From a virus (taxonomy: Duplodnaviria; Heunggongvirae; Uroviricota; Caudoviricetes): a stretch of 46,233 bases of DNA. The notes beneath the pieces are model-generated. The model ran no database searches, was not told the DNA's origin, and saw only the letters and a list, made by a program, of their open reading frames with translations. Of this stretch, positions 27,003 through 36,638 are shown piece after piece. Position 1 is the first letter of the stretch. Every line of letters begins with the position of its first letter. The position numbers and the translations under genes are program-made. Where the stretch lies: positions 1 to 46,233 of IMG/VR virus record IMGVR_UViG_3300042887_002597; one strand, 5' to 3'.

Positions 27003-29213
27003 TTAAAATCTTAAATATCCTAGAATTTGATTTACTGGTGCGAAGGCTCCGGTTAGCTTGTATAGCTTACCTTTATATCTAAATACTACACCCTCTGTTG
27101 GAACAATAGCTTCAAAGCCTCCAATATCTTTCAATCTTAGCAATTGTCTTCTTAAAAACTTCATTGCAGCATCACTATCTGCGATAGATCCACTATCAAC
27201 AGCTGCTTGAATGTTCTTTATGGCTGCTGCTACGTCTTGTTTAATCTTTTTAGTAGCATCATTTGGGTTGACGGTTGTTAGGTTTTCTATATTCTTTAAT
27301 ATACGCACACCCAACTTCAAAAACAACCTTTCTACCGGTTCCAATACCTCTTTCTTTGTTGTCTCAACTTCTGATGACTTGTCAAATTGATCAAACCAGT
27401 TTTTAAACTCTTCGTTAGCAATCTTTCCTTTAATTGCTGGTGATGGTACAGATTTGTCTGTGAATGCCCAACGATTAACAATAAGCTCTCGTACTTCTTT
27501 AGGTATGTTGTACCCTAACTCCTTTGCCTTTTTCTTAACAAACACATTCCACCACTTACCAACATAATCCTTTACAGTATCACTTTCTTGCATCTTGTAT
27601 TTCTGTCTTACAGCATCTGCCATAGCTAAAAATTCCTTTTCTTGCGCTTCGTAATCTGCATCTTGCTTTATTGTTGCTGGGTTAGTTACTCCAACCTCAA
27701 AGGTCTTTTCATCATTTCCTCCTTGAACTGCATTAAAAGCAGATTGTAGCAGCTGTACACCTTCAACGTCGTCTCCAATAGGATTCCCAGCTTGGTCGTA
27801 TTCTTTAAAATGATGCATTCTTAAAAGCGATGCTCCATACGGAATTACGTTTTGAGTTTCTGGGAATAGGATTTCTAGGTTAATGAATCTTTTTCCATCT
27901 TGGAAAAACTCCTCCTTTTGCTTTGGAGTTAGTTTATTTATTGCGTTCTCTAAGTCACGCATAGTTTCAACAAAGGCTGTCTTGATTGGACCTCTATTTG
28001 CAAATTTCTCAGCTACTTGGTCTATTGTTTTACTCTCTTGGCCAAAATTCTTAAGCTCAGTTTTATTTCTAGCTGATCTTACTTTGCCGTCCTTGTAAGT
28101 TACCATTAGGTTCTGACCGTCTAACTTTTCTTGTGCATATTCTAACTTGCCCGAAAGAGCAGCCTTTATCATATCTTTAATATCTGTGAAGGATAAGTCT
28201 AAGTCTTCGTATGGGTGAGCTAAGTGTCCAGCTCCTCCTCCTTCGTTCAATTCTACTTTTTCTGCTATAAATGATGATGGCATTGTGTATTTTTCTAGTT
28301 TTAATAATTTTATTAGTGTAAAGTAAATCACTCCTCCTGGCAGGACTGATGCAGCTCCTAAGCCCATCGTCTTTATTACATCTCCTAATTGCTCTCCAAC
28401 TGCCTTCTTCTCTGCTGGTGTTAGTTTCTTTTTTCCTTGTGCTGCTTGCACAAGTATGGTGAACGCTTCTTTCGTTTCACCACCTTCCTGCTGCACTTTT
28501 TTTATAAAGTCTTTAAAGCGCATCTTTAACTTTGAAAAAAAATCACTTGGAAGTATTTCTTCTTGTAGATTCTTTTTTAAAATACCATATACCTTATCTA
28601 CTACAGCTTTATCAGCTATGTTTGGATAATTTGTTGCAAAAGCCTCCTCATCATTATTTTTTAAATCAGCTCTAAGCACACTAGCACTGACTCCTTTTCC
28701 ATTCTCACTCTTGCCTGGTACGTACTTTTGTGCTTTTGGTGTTCTGTTTTGATAAGGTAGTGGTTTTACATCTAATGGTAATTCTACTACATTTACACCT
28801 TCTCTGGCATATTTGCCTCCCGGTTGGTGTCCTGCTACAAATTGCTGTACTCGCTTGTAATCGTCTCCTTTTGAACTAGCAGCAAGTGCATAACTTCCTG
28901 GTTTAGCAGTTTCGATGTACTTGTATGCAGCTGCAAGTGGGCTTGTTACCTCTGTTTTTTGTATAAGAATTTTGTTGTTAGCTTTTGTTAGCTCCCTCCA
29001 AATTGCAATACTCTGCTCTCTGGTGACACCATCCCTTGGCTCAGGTCCTATCAATATGATAACCTGACTTACTCCTGGTTGCTCGGCATAGCGTGTTGCT
29101 AACTCAAGGTGCCCTCCATGTGGAGGTTTGAATCCACCAGGAAATAGAACAATTGTTTGTTCATCTAGTTCTCTTAATAGAGACTCTGCTAAATAGTTAC
29201 TTAATAAGCTCAT
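27003..29213 (-). CDS. Multidomain protein: HxGH-family nucleotidyltransferase + LETM1-like helical domain + ligase-like (KxDG) domain (736 aa)
   Basis: FPGGFKPPHGGH and VSASVLR (class I NTase); EKLDGQN, EGVVF and YKLTG (ligase motifs I, IV, V); central GEQLGDVIKTMGLGAASVLPGG segment. Confidence 0.7.
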   Translation of the reverse strand: MSLLSNYLAESLLRELDEQTIVLFPGGFKPPHGGHLELATRYAEQPGVSQVIILIGPEPRDGVTREQSIAIWRELTKANNKILIQKTEVTSPLAAAYKYIETAKPGSYALAASSKGDDYKRVQQFVAGHQPGGKYAREGVNVVELPLDVKPLPYQNRTPKAQKYVPGKSENGKGVSASVLRADLKNNDEEAFATNYPNIADKAVVDKVYGILKKNLQEEILPSDFFSKLKMRFKDFIKKVQQEGGETKEAFTILVQAAQGKKKLTPAEKKAVGEQLGDVIKTMGLGAASVLPGGVIYFTLIKLLKLEKYTMPSSFIAEKVELNEGGGAGHLAHPYEDLDLSFTDIKDMIKAALSGKLEYAQEKLDGQNLMVTYKDGKVRSARNKTELKNFGQESKTIDQVAEKFANRGPIKTAFVETMRDLENAINKLTPKQKEEFFQDGKRFINLEILFPETQNVIPYGASLLRMHHFKEYDQAGNPIGDDVEGVQLLQSAFNAVQGGNDEKTFEVGVTNPATIKQDADYEAQEKEFLAMADAVRQKYKMQESDTVKDYVGKWWNVFVKKKAKELGYNIPKEVRELIVNRWAFTDKSVPSPAIKGKIANEEFKNWFDQFDKSSEVETTKKEVLEPVERLFLKLGVRILKNIENLTTVNPNDATKKIKQDVAAAIKNIQAAVDSGSIADSDAAMKFLRRQLLRLKDIGGFEAIVPTEGVVFRYKGKLYKLTGAFAPVNQILGYLRF

Positions 29214-29733
29214 TACTACTATAAATAGTTTGTGTATTTGTTTGCCTAGCTATTTTTGCAATTTCTGCCTGCATGTGACGCATTTGCTGCTCTAAGCTCC
29301 TTATCTTGTCCACCAAAGACTCTTTTGTGTGTAAAAATAATATGTCTGATGCTACTACGTTTCCATTTACAAACAGTCTATAATTCTTATGTACTACTTC
29401 ATCAACTGTCTGCTCTCCTATGTATACTTTTTTTACAAACCTTCCCTCAATCAAATTCCTCGACTCTATTTCCTTTGATGTAGGGTTGTATGCCATGTAC
29501 TTTGATATAAAAAACACTTTGTCGCTTGCCATAGATTCATCCATCGATGGCGTTCCTATTCTTAAAACAAAGGGATTATGATCACTTTTTGCTATAATTT
29601 CAGGTACACTCTCTCCACTCCACTGTGGATGAATTGTCCTTATGTACGCCTTATCCATATAAGGTCCGTCTGCTAGTAAGTTTAACAGAGGAGCTTGTAT
29701 GGTCAGAGCTTTGTAATGTTTAGTTGGTATCAT
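29197..29733 (-). CDS. Hypothetical protein (178 aa)
   Basis: ATG 1 nt after the upstream stop; C-terminal coiled coil. Confidence 0.6.
   Translation of the reverse strand: MIPTKHYKALTIQAPLLNLLADGPYMDKAYIRTIHPQWSGESVPEIIAKSDHNPFVLRIGTPSMDESMASDKVFFISKYMAYNPTSKEIESRNLIEGRFVKKVYIGEQTVDEVVHKNYRLFVNGNVVASDILFLHTKESLVDKIRSLEQQMRHMQAEIAKIARQTNTQTIYSSNELIK
29220..29227 (-). promoter_or_regulatory. TATTTATA motif
   Basis: Exact motif 6 nt upstream of the ATG at 29213, inside the end of the upstream ORF. Confidence 0.65.
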
Positions 29734-29734
29734 G

Positions 29735-32700
29735 TTACGCTGATGGCGGTTTTATGTAGTAGGGGTCTGTTGTTGTTCCGATTTTACAAAACTCAACATC
29801 GTCTATTGCACATCCAAAGTATGATCCAGGATTTCCTGATGGTTCAAATACAAGCTGGCCTGGTGTTCCGTATTGTATAAGGTTTATTTCATATTCGTCG
29901 TATAGATAACCTGATGCACTGTCAAAAAATTGAATTGGTGGTATATTGTATCCATTGGTTGTAATTTGATTACCAATCTTTATTATGTTTTGTGCTGGAG
30001 GATAATAACCTGGTTGGCCTTCTACTGTAGTGCCATTAAATGGTGTAGATACATCAAAAATGTAAACCATTAAGTAGGATCCTGTGTCTGGTGTGTACCA
30101 GTTAGATGAGTTTGATCCTGATTGATACTTCTTTAGTCTAAACTTAACATTGTATATGCCTCCATTTTCAGTAAACACACTTCCTGTTAAGGGTCCACTA
30201 AACGGAAAATAAAATCTTCTTTGTTTATATGCTATTGCTTTTTGTGTTGTTGTAAAGCCTACGCCACTTGTTGTTGCATATGATTGCGATACATCAAATC
30301 TAGTAATACCAGCTGCACCTGAGTTAATGGGCGCTTGCAAGTCTATTGACGATGTTCCTAATCGCTGAGTTGTTGAGCCAGATCCTGGGGTATATGATGC
30401 GCTTATTACTGCTCTGTTAAAGGATGCTGTTACAAGAGATGCAGATGCGTTAATTCCAGGATTGGCACTACCTAACATTCCTCCAAGACCAACTAATGCC
30501 GCTAATCCAAAACTTTGTGAGTAGTTTTCTGAGAATTCATCAAAGAACTTCCAAGATGCTGTTACAGTAGTGGCTTTTATTACAGGTCTACTTGCACCAG
30601 GACCGCCTGTTACTCCTGCACTTGGTACGGATGTTGGTGCAATACTACTATTATTTCTTACGGGCTGTCCTAATCCTGGGTGGATTTCCCAAGATGATGT
30701 GTATATAAATTTTCCATTGTATATAGCACCTAAGCTTTGTGAAGGTAAGCTTGTAGAGCTTGGAATGCCTAAACCTGTAAGGTCTGTCTTATTTAACCAT
30801 CTATGTGCAAATATAGGTTTCCATGGACGCAATGCATTCCATCCCGACCATGTGTGCTGTGTTGTAGTTGTTCCTGTAAAGGCTGATCCTACGCCATAGC
30901 TATATACACGAGTGGATGTGGCTGGTGTACTCGGGTGAGTTACTGGTGTCCCGTATGCATTGGCAAAGCTAAGTTGTGCATGCATTTGGTCGTATGCAGG
31001 GAAGTACCTTCTCTTATGCCGATTAGATCCTGTTAGTATTAGGGCTGTGTCTCCGGACAAGATTTGTCCCCATCCTGTTAAATTTGCCCCCACTCCTCCT
31101 ACATAATTTGCTACATTAGGTTCTGAGTTTGGTACGTTTGCATCGGTAAGACTGCCAATTTGTGCAAATGAGTGGGTTTGGTAGTAGGAGTTGTTAATGT
31201 TGGATGTTGGTTGACTTTGGCCTCCGTATAGTGAATTTGGATTCCCTTTATAAGGTGCTATAAATGTGTTTCTATATGTTGCGCTTTCAGAAACAATAGA
31301 CCAGTGTGTAGGATTAAATACAAACTTATAGTTTTCTACTTGACATACGTTACTCTGCACTTCTGAGCTTAGTGCTAGTTTTATATCATTTAAGTAGGTT
31401 ACATATTCTGATTGCTTTCCTGTGTGGTCGTAGTACTCAAATTTAAAGTCTACACTTTCTGACACCAGTGATTGGAATCCGTTAGGTGCGTAAATAGAGT
31501 ATTGATATATTTCTGGGGTGTATCCGTTTCTTTCGAGCGGTGTTACACTAATCTCACTTATGTAAGCACCTGCTGAGTTTATCTGATCGATTGACTTTAC
31601 TCTAAATAACGGTCTTCCGTACCCATCATTGTCAGCCAGTAAGTCAAAAACAACTCTTCCATAATCCTTTAACTCTCCACTGTCGTTTGTAATAGTACCT
31701 ATGTACTTTCCAAATCTATTTTCTGTTTGTGGGTATCTTGCTTTTTCGTTATTTTTGGATGTAGTGTACGCTTGAGCAAATGGATTCGAATCGTATAATT
31801 GTGTAGATATTGCCTTGCTGTTTGCATACACTTCTAAAATTGTATTAGGTTGCAGTACACAGATAAAGCTAAAACTAAATGCCTGGTCTTTTTGGTATAG
31901 TTGGTAGGCAAGTGTAGTGAATATTGTTGTAGATGTTGGGGTCGTTACCGGTAGGTATGCTGAGTCTATTAGGGTTGCTGCGTCGCGACTTATTGATAGT
32001 GTGTCTATTGTCGTTCTTGTCTCCGTGTATCCCTTCCAGTATGTGTTAATAATGTCTTGTAGTCGAAAATGTCCATAAAGCAAAAACGGAGATACTTCTT
32101 TTGCATACGATAATTGGTTTGGCTCCTTTGCCTCGGTTAGGTATTCTGTGCTACCTACACGTTGATCGTTTAATAACTGATAATCTCCTGTAAAGCTATT
32201 TTGGCGGTAGTATGATTTTATCCTATATACACTACCTCCAATTGGTTTGAGATCTTGAAAAGTAAATTGTAAATAAGATTGACTTACCGCTGTGCTTAGT
32301 ATTGGAATAAGTGGATCTGCGTACTTCACTATTAATCCCAAGTTTTTTGCAGATCTAAAAGTGTGCGTAGCTGTTCGTGTAAGTGAGTTTTTTCTTGTGC
32401 TGTTAAAGCTATCAACATTTACTTGCAGTGGAGTGTCAATAAGGTAGGATGATGAGTTTAATACTCGTATTACTGTACCTGTGTACTGTTGCAATTGCGT
32501 TGCCAGCGATTGCGTCTGTCCTAATAGATTTAAGTCGTTATATGGATTTGTTTTTGCAAAAACGGCTGTAGGAGATAGGGATCTAGTGACGTTGTTGAAT
32601 GTGTTATTATTACTTAATGTGATTACAGCTCCTTTATCATTACTTGATGCAATATAGGATGAGGAGAGTTGAACTATTGTTCTAAATCTATTTGTGTCCG

Positions 32701-33442
32701 TTAACAGTTGTCCTCCTTGTATACTGTAATCATTTTGCCTTACCGTCGTTATAACTTGATTTGTAGTTGACGATTCTCCTCGATTTTTTACACTAAAATC
32801 TCTTATGTTAGAGTCTTGAATGTTTTTACTTGTTGCCGATACTTTGTCAAATCCTTCAACATTTGCAGTTATGAAAGAGGCTGTTACGCTTCTTACATTT
32901 GCGTCAATCGAACCAGGTCGTATTGACTCTGCTGTTACTACAGTTTTTACAGGAGCTATGATTTGAGCAACGTTTACCAATGGTGGTCTATCGAAAACTA
33001 AAGGACTGTCGTTTCGCTCAAAAGGTTGTATTAATAATGGCTTGGCTATTATTAGGTTATATCCTTGGCTATTTACATCGTCGTATTCAATATACTCACC
33101 TTCTGGCGTTGCGTTTGCAACTCCTACAAACGATATACTGCCATATCCCTCTGCCGTTGAATCTTGTACGTAAATTGACACGTAATAATTACCAAATCTA
33201 TCTCTGAAGTCTGGTATCTCTGTTCGAACTGCATTTCCAGCTGCATCTAGTACTTCAACTTCAAATGGTGCGAAGGTGTGTAGATTTACAGTAGATGGAT
33301 AAAATTTAACAATGCTAACACCACCTCCAATGTAGGTAGGCATATCCACAAACTCTACGTACGGTGAGTTACTCGAAGTATCGTGTACTCGATAGGTTTG
33401 CTTTATAAAATCTTTCTTGTAGAAAGGTTGTAGAAAATCCAT
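29735..33442 (-). CDS. Large virion structural protein, probably baseplate/tail (1235 aa)
   Basis: Beta/S/T-rich composition, own late-type motif, similar in character to the neighbouring baseplate genes. Confidence 0.55.
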   Translation of the reverse strand: MDFLQPFYKKDFIKQTYRVHDTSSNSPYVEFVDMPTYIGGGVSIVKFYPSTVNLHTFAPFEVEVLDAAGNAVRTEIPDFRDRFGNYYVSIYVQDSTAEGYGSISFVGVANATPEGEYIEYDDVNSQGYNLIIAKPLLIQPFERNDSPLVFDRPPLVNVAQIIAPVKTVVTAESIRPGSIDANVRSVTASFITANVEGFDKVSATSKNIQDSNIRDFSVKNRGESSTTNQVITTVRQNDYSIQGGQLLTDTNRFRTIVQLSSSYIASSNDKGAVITLSNNNTFNNVTRSLSPTAVFAKTNPYNDLNLLGQTQSLATQLQQYTGTVIRVLNSSSYLIDTPLQVNVDSFNSTRKNSLTRTATHTFRSAKNLGLIVKYADPLIPILSTAVSQSYLQFTFQDLKPIGGSVYRIKSYYRQNSFTGDYQLLNDQRVGSTEYLTEAKEPNQLSYAKEVSPFLLYGHFRLQDIINTYWKGYTETRTTIDTLSISRDAATLIDSAYLPVTTPTSTTIFTTLAYQLYQKDQAFSFSFICVLQPNTILEVYANSKAISTQLYDSNPFAQAYTTSKNNEKARYPQTENRFGKYIGTITNDSGELKDYGRVVFDLLADNDGYGRPLFRVKSIDQINSAGAYISEISVTPLERNGYTPEIYQYSIYAPNGFQSLVSESVDFKFEYYDHTGKQSEYVTYLNDIKLALSSEVQSNVCQVENYKFVFNPTHWSIVSESATYRNTFIAPYKGNPNSLYGGQSQPTSNINNSYYQTHSFAQIGSLTDANVPNSEPNVANYVGGVGANLTGWGQILSGDTALILTGSNRHKRRYFPAYDQMHAQLSFANAYGTPVTHPSTPATSTRVYSYGVGSAFTGTTTTQHTWSGWNALRPWKPIFAHRWLNKTDLTGLGIPSSTSLPSQSLGAIYNGKFIYTSSWEIHPGLGQPVRNNSSIAPTSVPSAGVTGGPGASRPVIKATTVTASWKFFDEFSENYSQSFGLAALVGLGGMLGSANPGINASASLVTASFNRAVISASYTPGSGSTTQRLGTSSIDLQAPINSGAAGITRFDVSQSYATTSGVGFTTTQKAIAYKQRRFYFPFSGPLTGSVFTENGGIYNVKFRLKKYQSGSNSSNWYTPDTGSYLMVYIFDVSTPFNGTTVEGQPGYYPPAQNIIKIGNQITTNGYNIPPIQFFDSASGYLYDEYEINLIQYGTPGQLVFEPSGNPGSYFGCAIDDVEFCKIGTTTDPYYIKPPSA

Positions 33443-33458
33443 TTACAACTGCTTTTAG

Positions 33459-33466
33459 TATAAATA
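33459..33466 (-). promoter_or_regulatory. TATTTATA motif
   Basis: Exact motif 16 nt upstream of the ATG at 33442. Confidence 0.65.
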
Positions 33467-33470
33467 GTTG

Positions 33471-36400
33471 CTAATGCTTAATATAGCTTAAATCATCCTT
33501 GCGATCAATTGTAAGTATTACGTCAACCATGTCTCGTACTACGTCAATGTGACTAATGATTAAGCTAAATTTAAATGTGTCTTTAAGATAATTAAAGAAC
33601 ATATGCATTGAGTTTAAGTTGGAGCTATCAAGTACCCCAAGCCCTTCATCAATTGCAATAAAGTTTGGTTTAGGTAAGTTGGTAATCTTGATCAAAGCTA
33701 CACGAATTGCTAACGAACTTACGAATCTTTCCATCCCAGACGCTAACTCTAATGGCCACTTGTTGTCATCATAAGCAATGTAAACGTTGATGTTCTTGCC
33801 ATCTGTCTCAATCTCTACCGTAAAGTCGGTTACTTGAGCTAGTATGTTGTTGACGTATGACTGGATATATGGTATCGCTTTGCTGATAAGTGAGTACGGT
33901 ATCCCGTCTCTACCAACAGCTTTAAGGTAATAGTCATATGCTATCTGCTTTTCAGATAACTCCTGCATGTGTTTAATGTTTTTCTCACATTCCGCTATAG
34001 TCTTCTCACTTACCTTTATCTTTCCGTGAAAGTTTTGAACCTCTTGGTTGGCTTTATCTGCTTGTGCCTTAACTTTGGTAGCCTCTTCTCGCAATTCTTT
34101 AATAGACTCGTTTAAAACCTCGTTCGCTTGGATGGTAGCTAAGTTATCGTTGTAGGTCTTGATATTCGATTCTACCCGCTCTAACTTAGTTTTATACGTT
34201 TGTATTTGGCTTTCAATTGACTCCACTTTAGAATCCATGACGTTTAGTCCATTTGTCAATCTTTGCTTCTCTGTTGCAATTCCTTCGAAGTACTTATACT
34301 GAGCTTCTATATCTTTATGGTTCTCCAAGTAATCCTCCACCTCTCTTCTGGATGCTAGGAACTCAGCAACATGCTTTTTATCGTCTTCTAGCTCTTGTTT
34401 TGTCTTAATTGCATCTTTTACAAAAACATTCTCAACACAGTACTTGCAGTTTGGATCATACTCATGCTCTTCCAATCTTTTTAACTTGTCTAGCTTTGTT
34501 GAGATAGTGACTTTATAGTGCTGTAACTTGGTATCTAGCTCTGTTTTTTGGGATAGCATCATACAATAGTCAGCGTAGTCGGAATGGATTGCTCCAACAT
34601 CTGTCTTGCTAAACTCATCGGTAAGTCTACTAATCTCAGCCTGTACCAATTCTACCTTATCTTGTATGGTCTTTAGGTCTGCTACCTTGCTCTCTACCTC
34701 CTTAAGCAATCCTGCTTGTTGTGACTGTAAGGTATCTAAATCAAGTCCATCTGCCTCAGTTAGTTTAATTTGCTCAGATAGTGAGATAATTTGCTCGTTT
34801 AGCTCGCTTAATTGCTCTTGAATTGCATTGTACTCTGTCAACTTTGTTTCGTACAACTCTTGGTTTTGATCCAAAGACCTCTCTGCGTCACCAAGTGCTT
34901 GCTCGAAGTCTTGCTTCTCATACTCCTCCAATAACACAGTGGTTGTTCTTATCTCTTTACTCGCTAATTCATTAAGGTTGTCAAATATTTTCAAATCGAG
35001 AAAGTTTGCAAGCAAGTCCTTTCTCTCCCCTTGAGTCTTCTCTATAAAGTTGGAATTATTTCCTTGCAACGATAATGCTGTAAGTATGAAGTCATCAAAG
35101 GTTCCTACGTATGATTGTATGATTTTGTCTGTGTCACGTCTCTGCTCTCCATTGAGTATAATCTTCTCTCCATCATCGTTTACATACCAAAAATCAATGT
35201 CTACACGCAACTTTCCAGCCAATGGACCTTTTTGATACTTTGCAGCTCTTTTTTCGATGAAATAGTCCAGTCCACTAAGTTCAAAGTTAAACTTGCACCA
35301 GAAGCTATCTTTCTTTCTATTAAGGACTTGATCAGCTTTGCTTGCTCTAAAGGAGTGGTCAAATAGACAAAAACACAATGCATCCAAGGTTGCTGACTTA
35401 CCAGCGTGATTAGGTGCAAATAGGCCACATATACCATTTAGGTTATCAAAGCTAATTACATTCCCTTCTCCATAGCTAAACATATTATCAAACTCAAACT
35501 TCTTTGGAGTCCATACTACATTACGAACAAGCTCTCCTGCTATAAGTGACTGATTAAATCCTTTGTTTATCTCTAAAATCTTAGCCTCAAGCTCGTCGTC
35601 TATTCCATATGGTTCTAGGTATTCTTTTATTAGAGTCGTTTGATAATCTACACTTCGAACATCTAAACCCTGTAAACTATCATCTATATTTAATCCGTTC
35701 TGAGTCGTTATTTTATCCATGTTGGATACGATTACTTCCCCATTCTTATACTTCTTTCTAATACCGGCTAATGCTTTTTTAAGCTGTGCTGGTGATGTGT
35801 TGTATACCTTTGCGCGCACACTTGTCTTGGGAGTTATGGGAAGGTCGTCTGGAACGACTCCATTGATTATGTCAAATGTAAAGTATCCATAATCGTTTGG
35901 AATGTCGAAGTGCTCAACAGTTCTAGTAGGAACGTCAACAATGGCATAACCATGTCCTTCAAACGACTCACCAAAGTTTTGTTGTACAGTGCTTCCTGGG
36001 TAGAAGATTAGTGGATTATCCTTTGAAAGGATTTGTCTTTTGTGAATATCGCCTAATAAAACAATATCATATCCAGCAAACGTATCCCAATCCAAACCAT
36101 GAGCAATGTTCAATCCACTATCAACTTTACTGTTAGCAATAGTTCCGTGGTACATTGCAATTAAAGTATCAGCTTTTCCTTCTAAAACGTCTGCTGTTGC
36201 ATATTCGCTTGGTGCGTCTAGCAAAGACATAATTGCTATCATTGTATTGCCTACCTTGTAGGTTCCACTATCTCGGAGGTAGAATAGGTTAGGATGGCTG
36301 TGGGCTTCTACGATTGGCGTAAGAGCATCTAATCTATGGTTATTATTTAGATTTGTATCGTGATTTCCACAAATCACAATCGTAGGTCTAATGTCAGCTA

Positions 36401-36638
36401 GATTATTAAACAAGTAAGAAACCATGTGAATCAACTCAGGGCTCATATCAGTTTTAGCATGTACAATGTCTCCTCCAATAGTGATGATACTATCTTCAGG
36501 TAACTGCTTTGCTGCGTCAAAAAGCTTATCAAATACCAACTTATACTCCTTGTGACGTTTCCAGTTTCTAATATGCACATCAGCAATGTGCAAAATCTTA
36601 TCTACCTTCTTTAGGTTTATCTCAACTTTGTTTATCAT
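33471..36638 (-). CDS. Fused SbcD/Mre11 (gp47-like) nuclease - SbcC/Rad50 (gp46-like) ATPase (1055 aa)
   Basis: Metallophosphoesterase motifs DVH, GD, GNHD, H, GDIH, then Walker A APNHAGKS, coiled coil with CKYC hook, signature LASGMERF, Walker B IAIDEG and H-loop IISH, all in one frame. Confidence 0.9.
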   Translation of the reverse strand: MINKVEINLKKVDKILHIADVHIRNWKRHKEYKLVFDKLFDAAKQLPEDSIITIGGDIVHAKTDMSPELIHMVSYLFNNLADIRPTIVICGNHDTNLNNNHRLDALTPIVEAHSHPNLFYLRDSGTYKVGNTMIAIMSLLDAPSEYATADVLEGKADTLIAMYHGTIANSKVDSGLNIAHGLDWDTFAGYDIVLLGDIHKRQILSKDNPLIFYPGSTVQQNFGESFEGHGYAIVDVPTRTVEHFDIPNDYGYFTFDIINGVVPDDLPITPKTSVRAKVYNTSPAQLKKALAGIRKKYKNGEVIVSNMDKITTQNGLNIDDSLQGLDVRSVDYQTTLIKEYLEPYGIDDELEAKILEINKGFNQSLIAGELVRNVVWTPKKFEFDNMFSYGEGNVISFDNLNGICGLFAPNHAGKSATLDALCFCLFDHSFRASKADQVLNRKKDSFWCKFNFELSGLDYFIEKRAAKYQKGPLAGKLRVDIDFWYVNDDGEKIILNGEQRRDTDKIIQSYVGTFDDFILTALSLQGNNSNFIEKTQGERKDLLANFLDLKIFDNLNELASKEIRTTTVLLEEYEKQDFEQALGDAERSLDQNQELYETKLTEYNAIQEQLSELNEQIISLSEQIKLTEADGLDLDTLQSQQAGLLKEVESKVADLKTIQDKVELVQAEISRLTDEFSKTDVGAIHSDYADYCMMLSQKTELDTKLQHYKVTISTKLDKLKRLEEHEYDPNCKYCVENVFVKDAIKTKQELEDDKKHVAEFLASRREVEDYLENHKDIEAQYKYFEGIATEKQRLTNGLNVMDSKVESIESQIQTYKTKLERVESNIKTYNDNLATIQANEVLNESIKELREEATKVKAQADKANQEVQNFHGKIKVSEKTIAECEKNIKHMQELSEKQIAYDYYLKAVGRDGIPYSLISKAIPYIQSYVNNILAQVTDFTVEIETDGKNINVYIAYDDNKWPLELASGMERFVSSLAIRVALIKITNLPKPNFIAIDEGLGVLDSSNLNSMHMFFNYLKDTFKFSLIISHIDVVRDMVDVILTIDRKDDLSYIKH

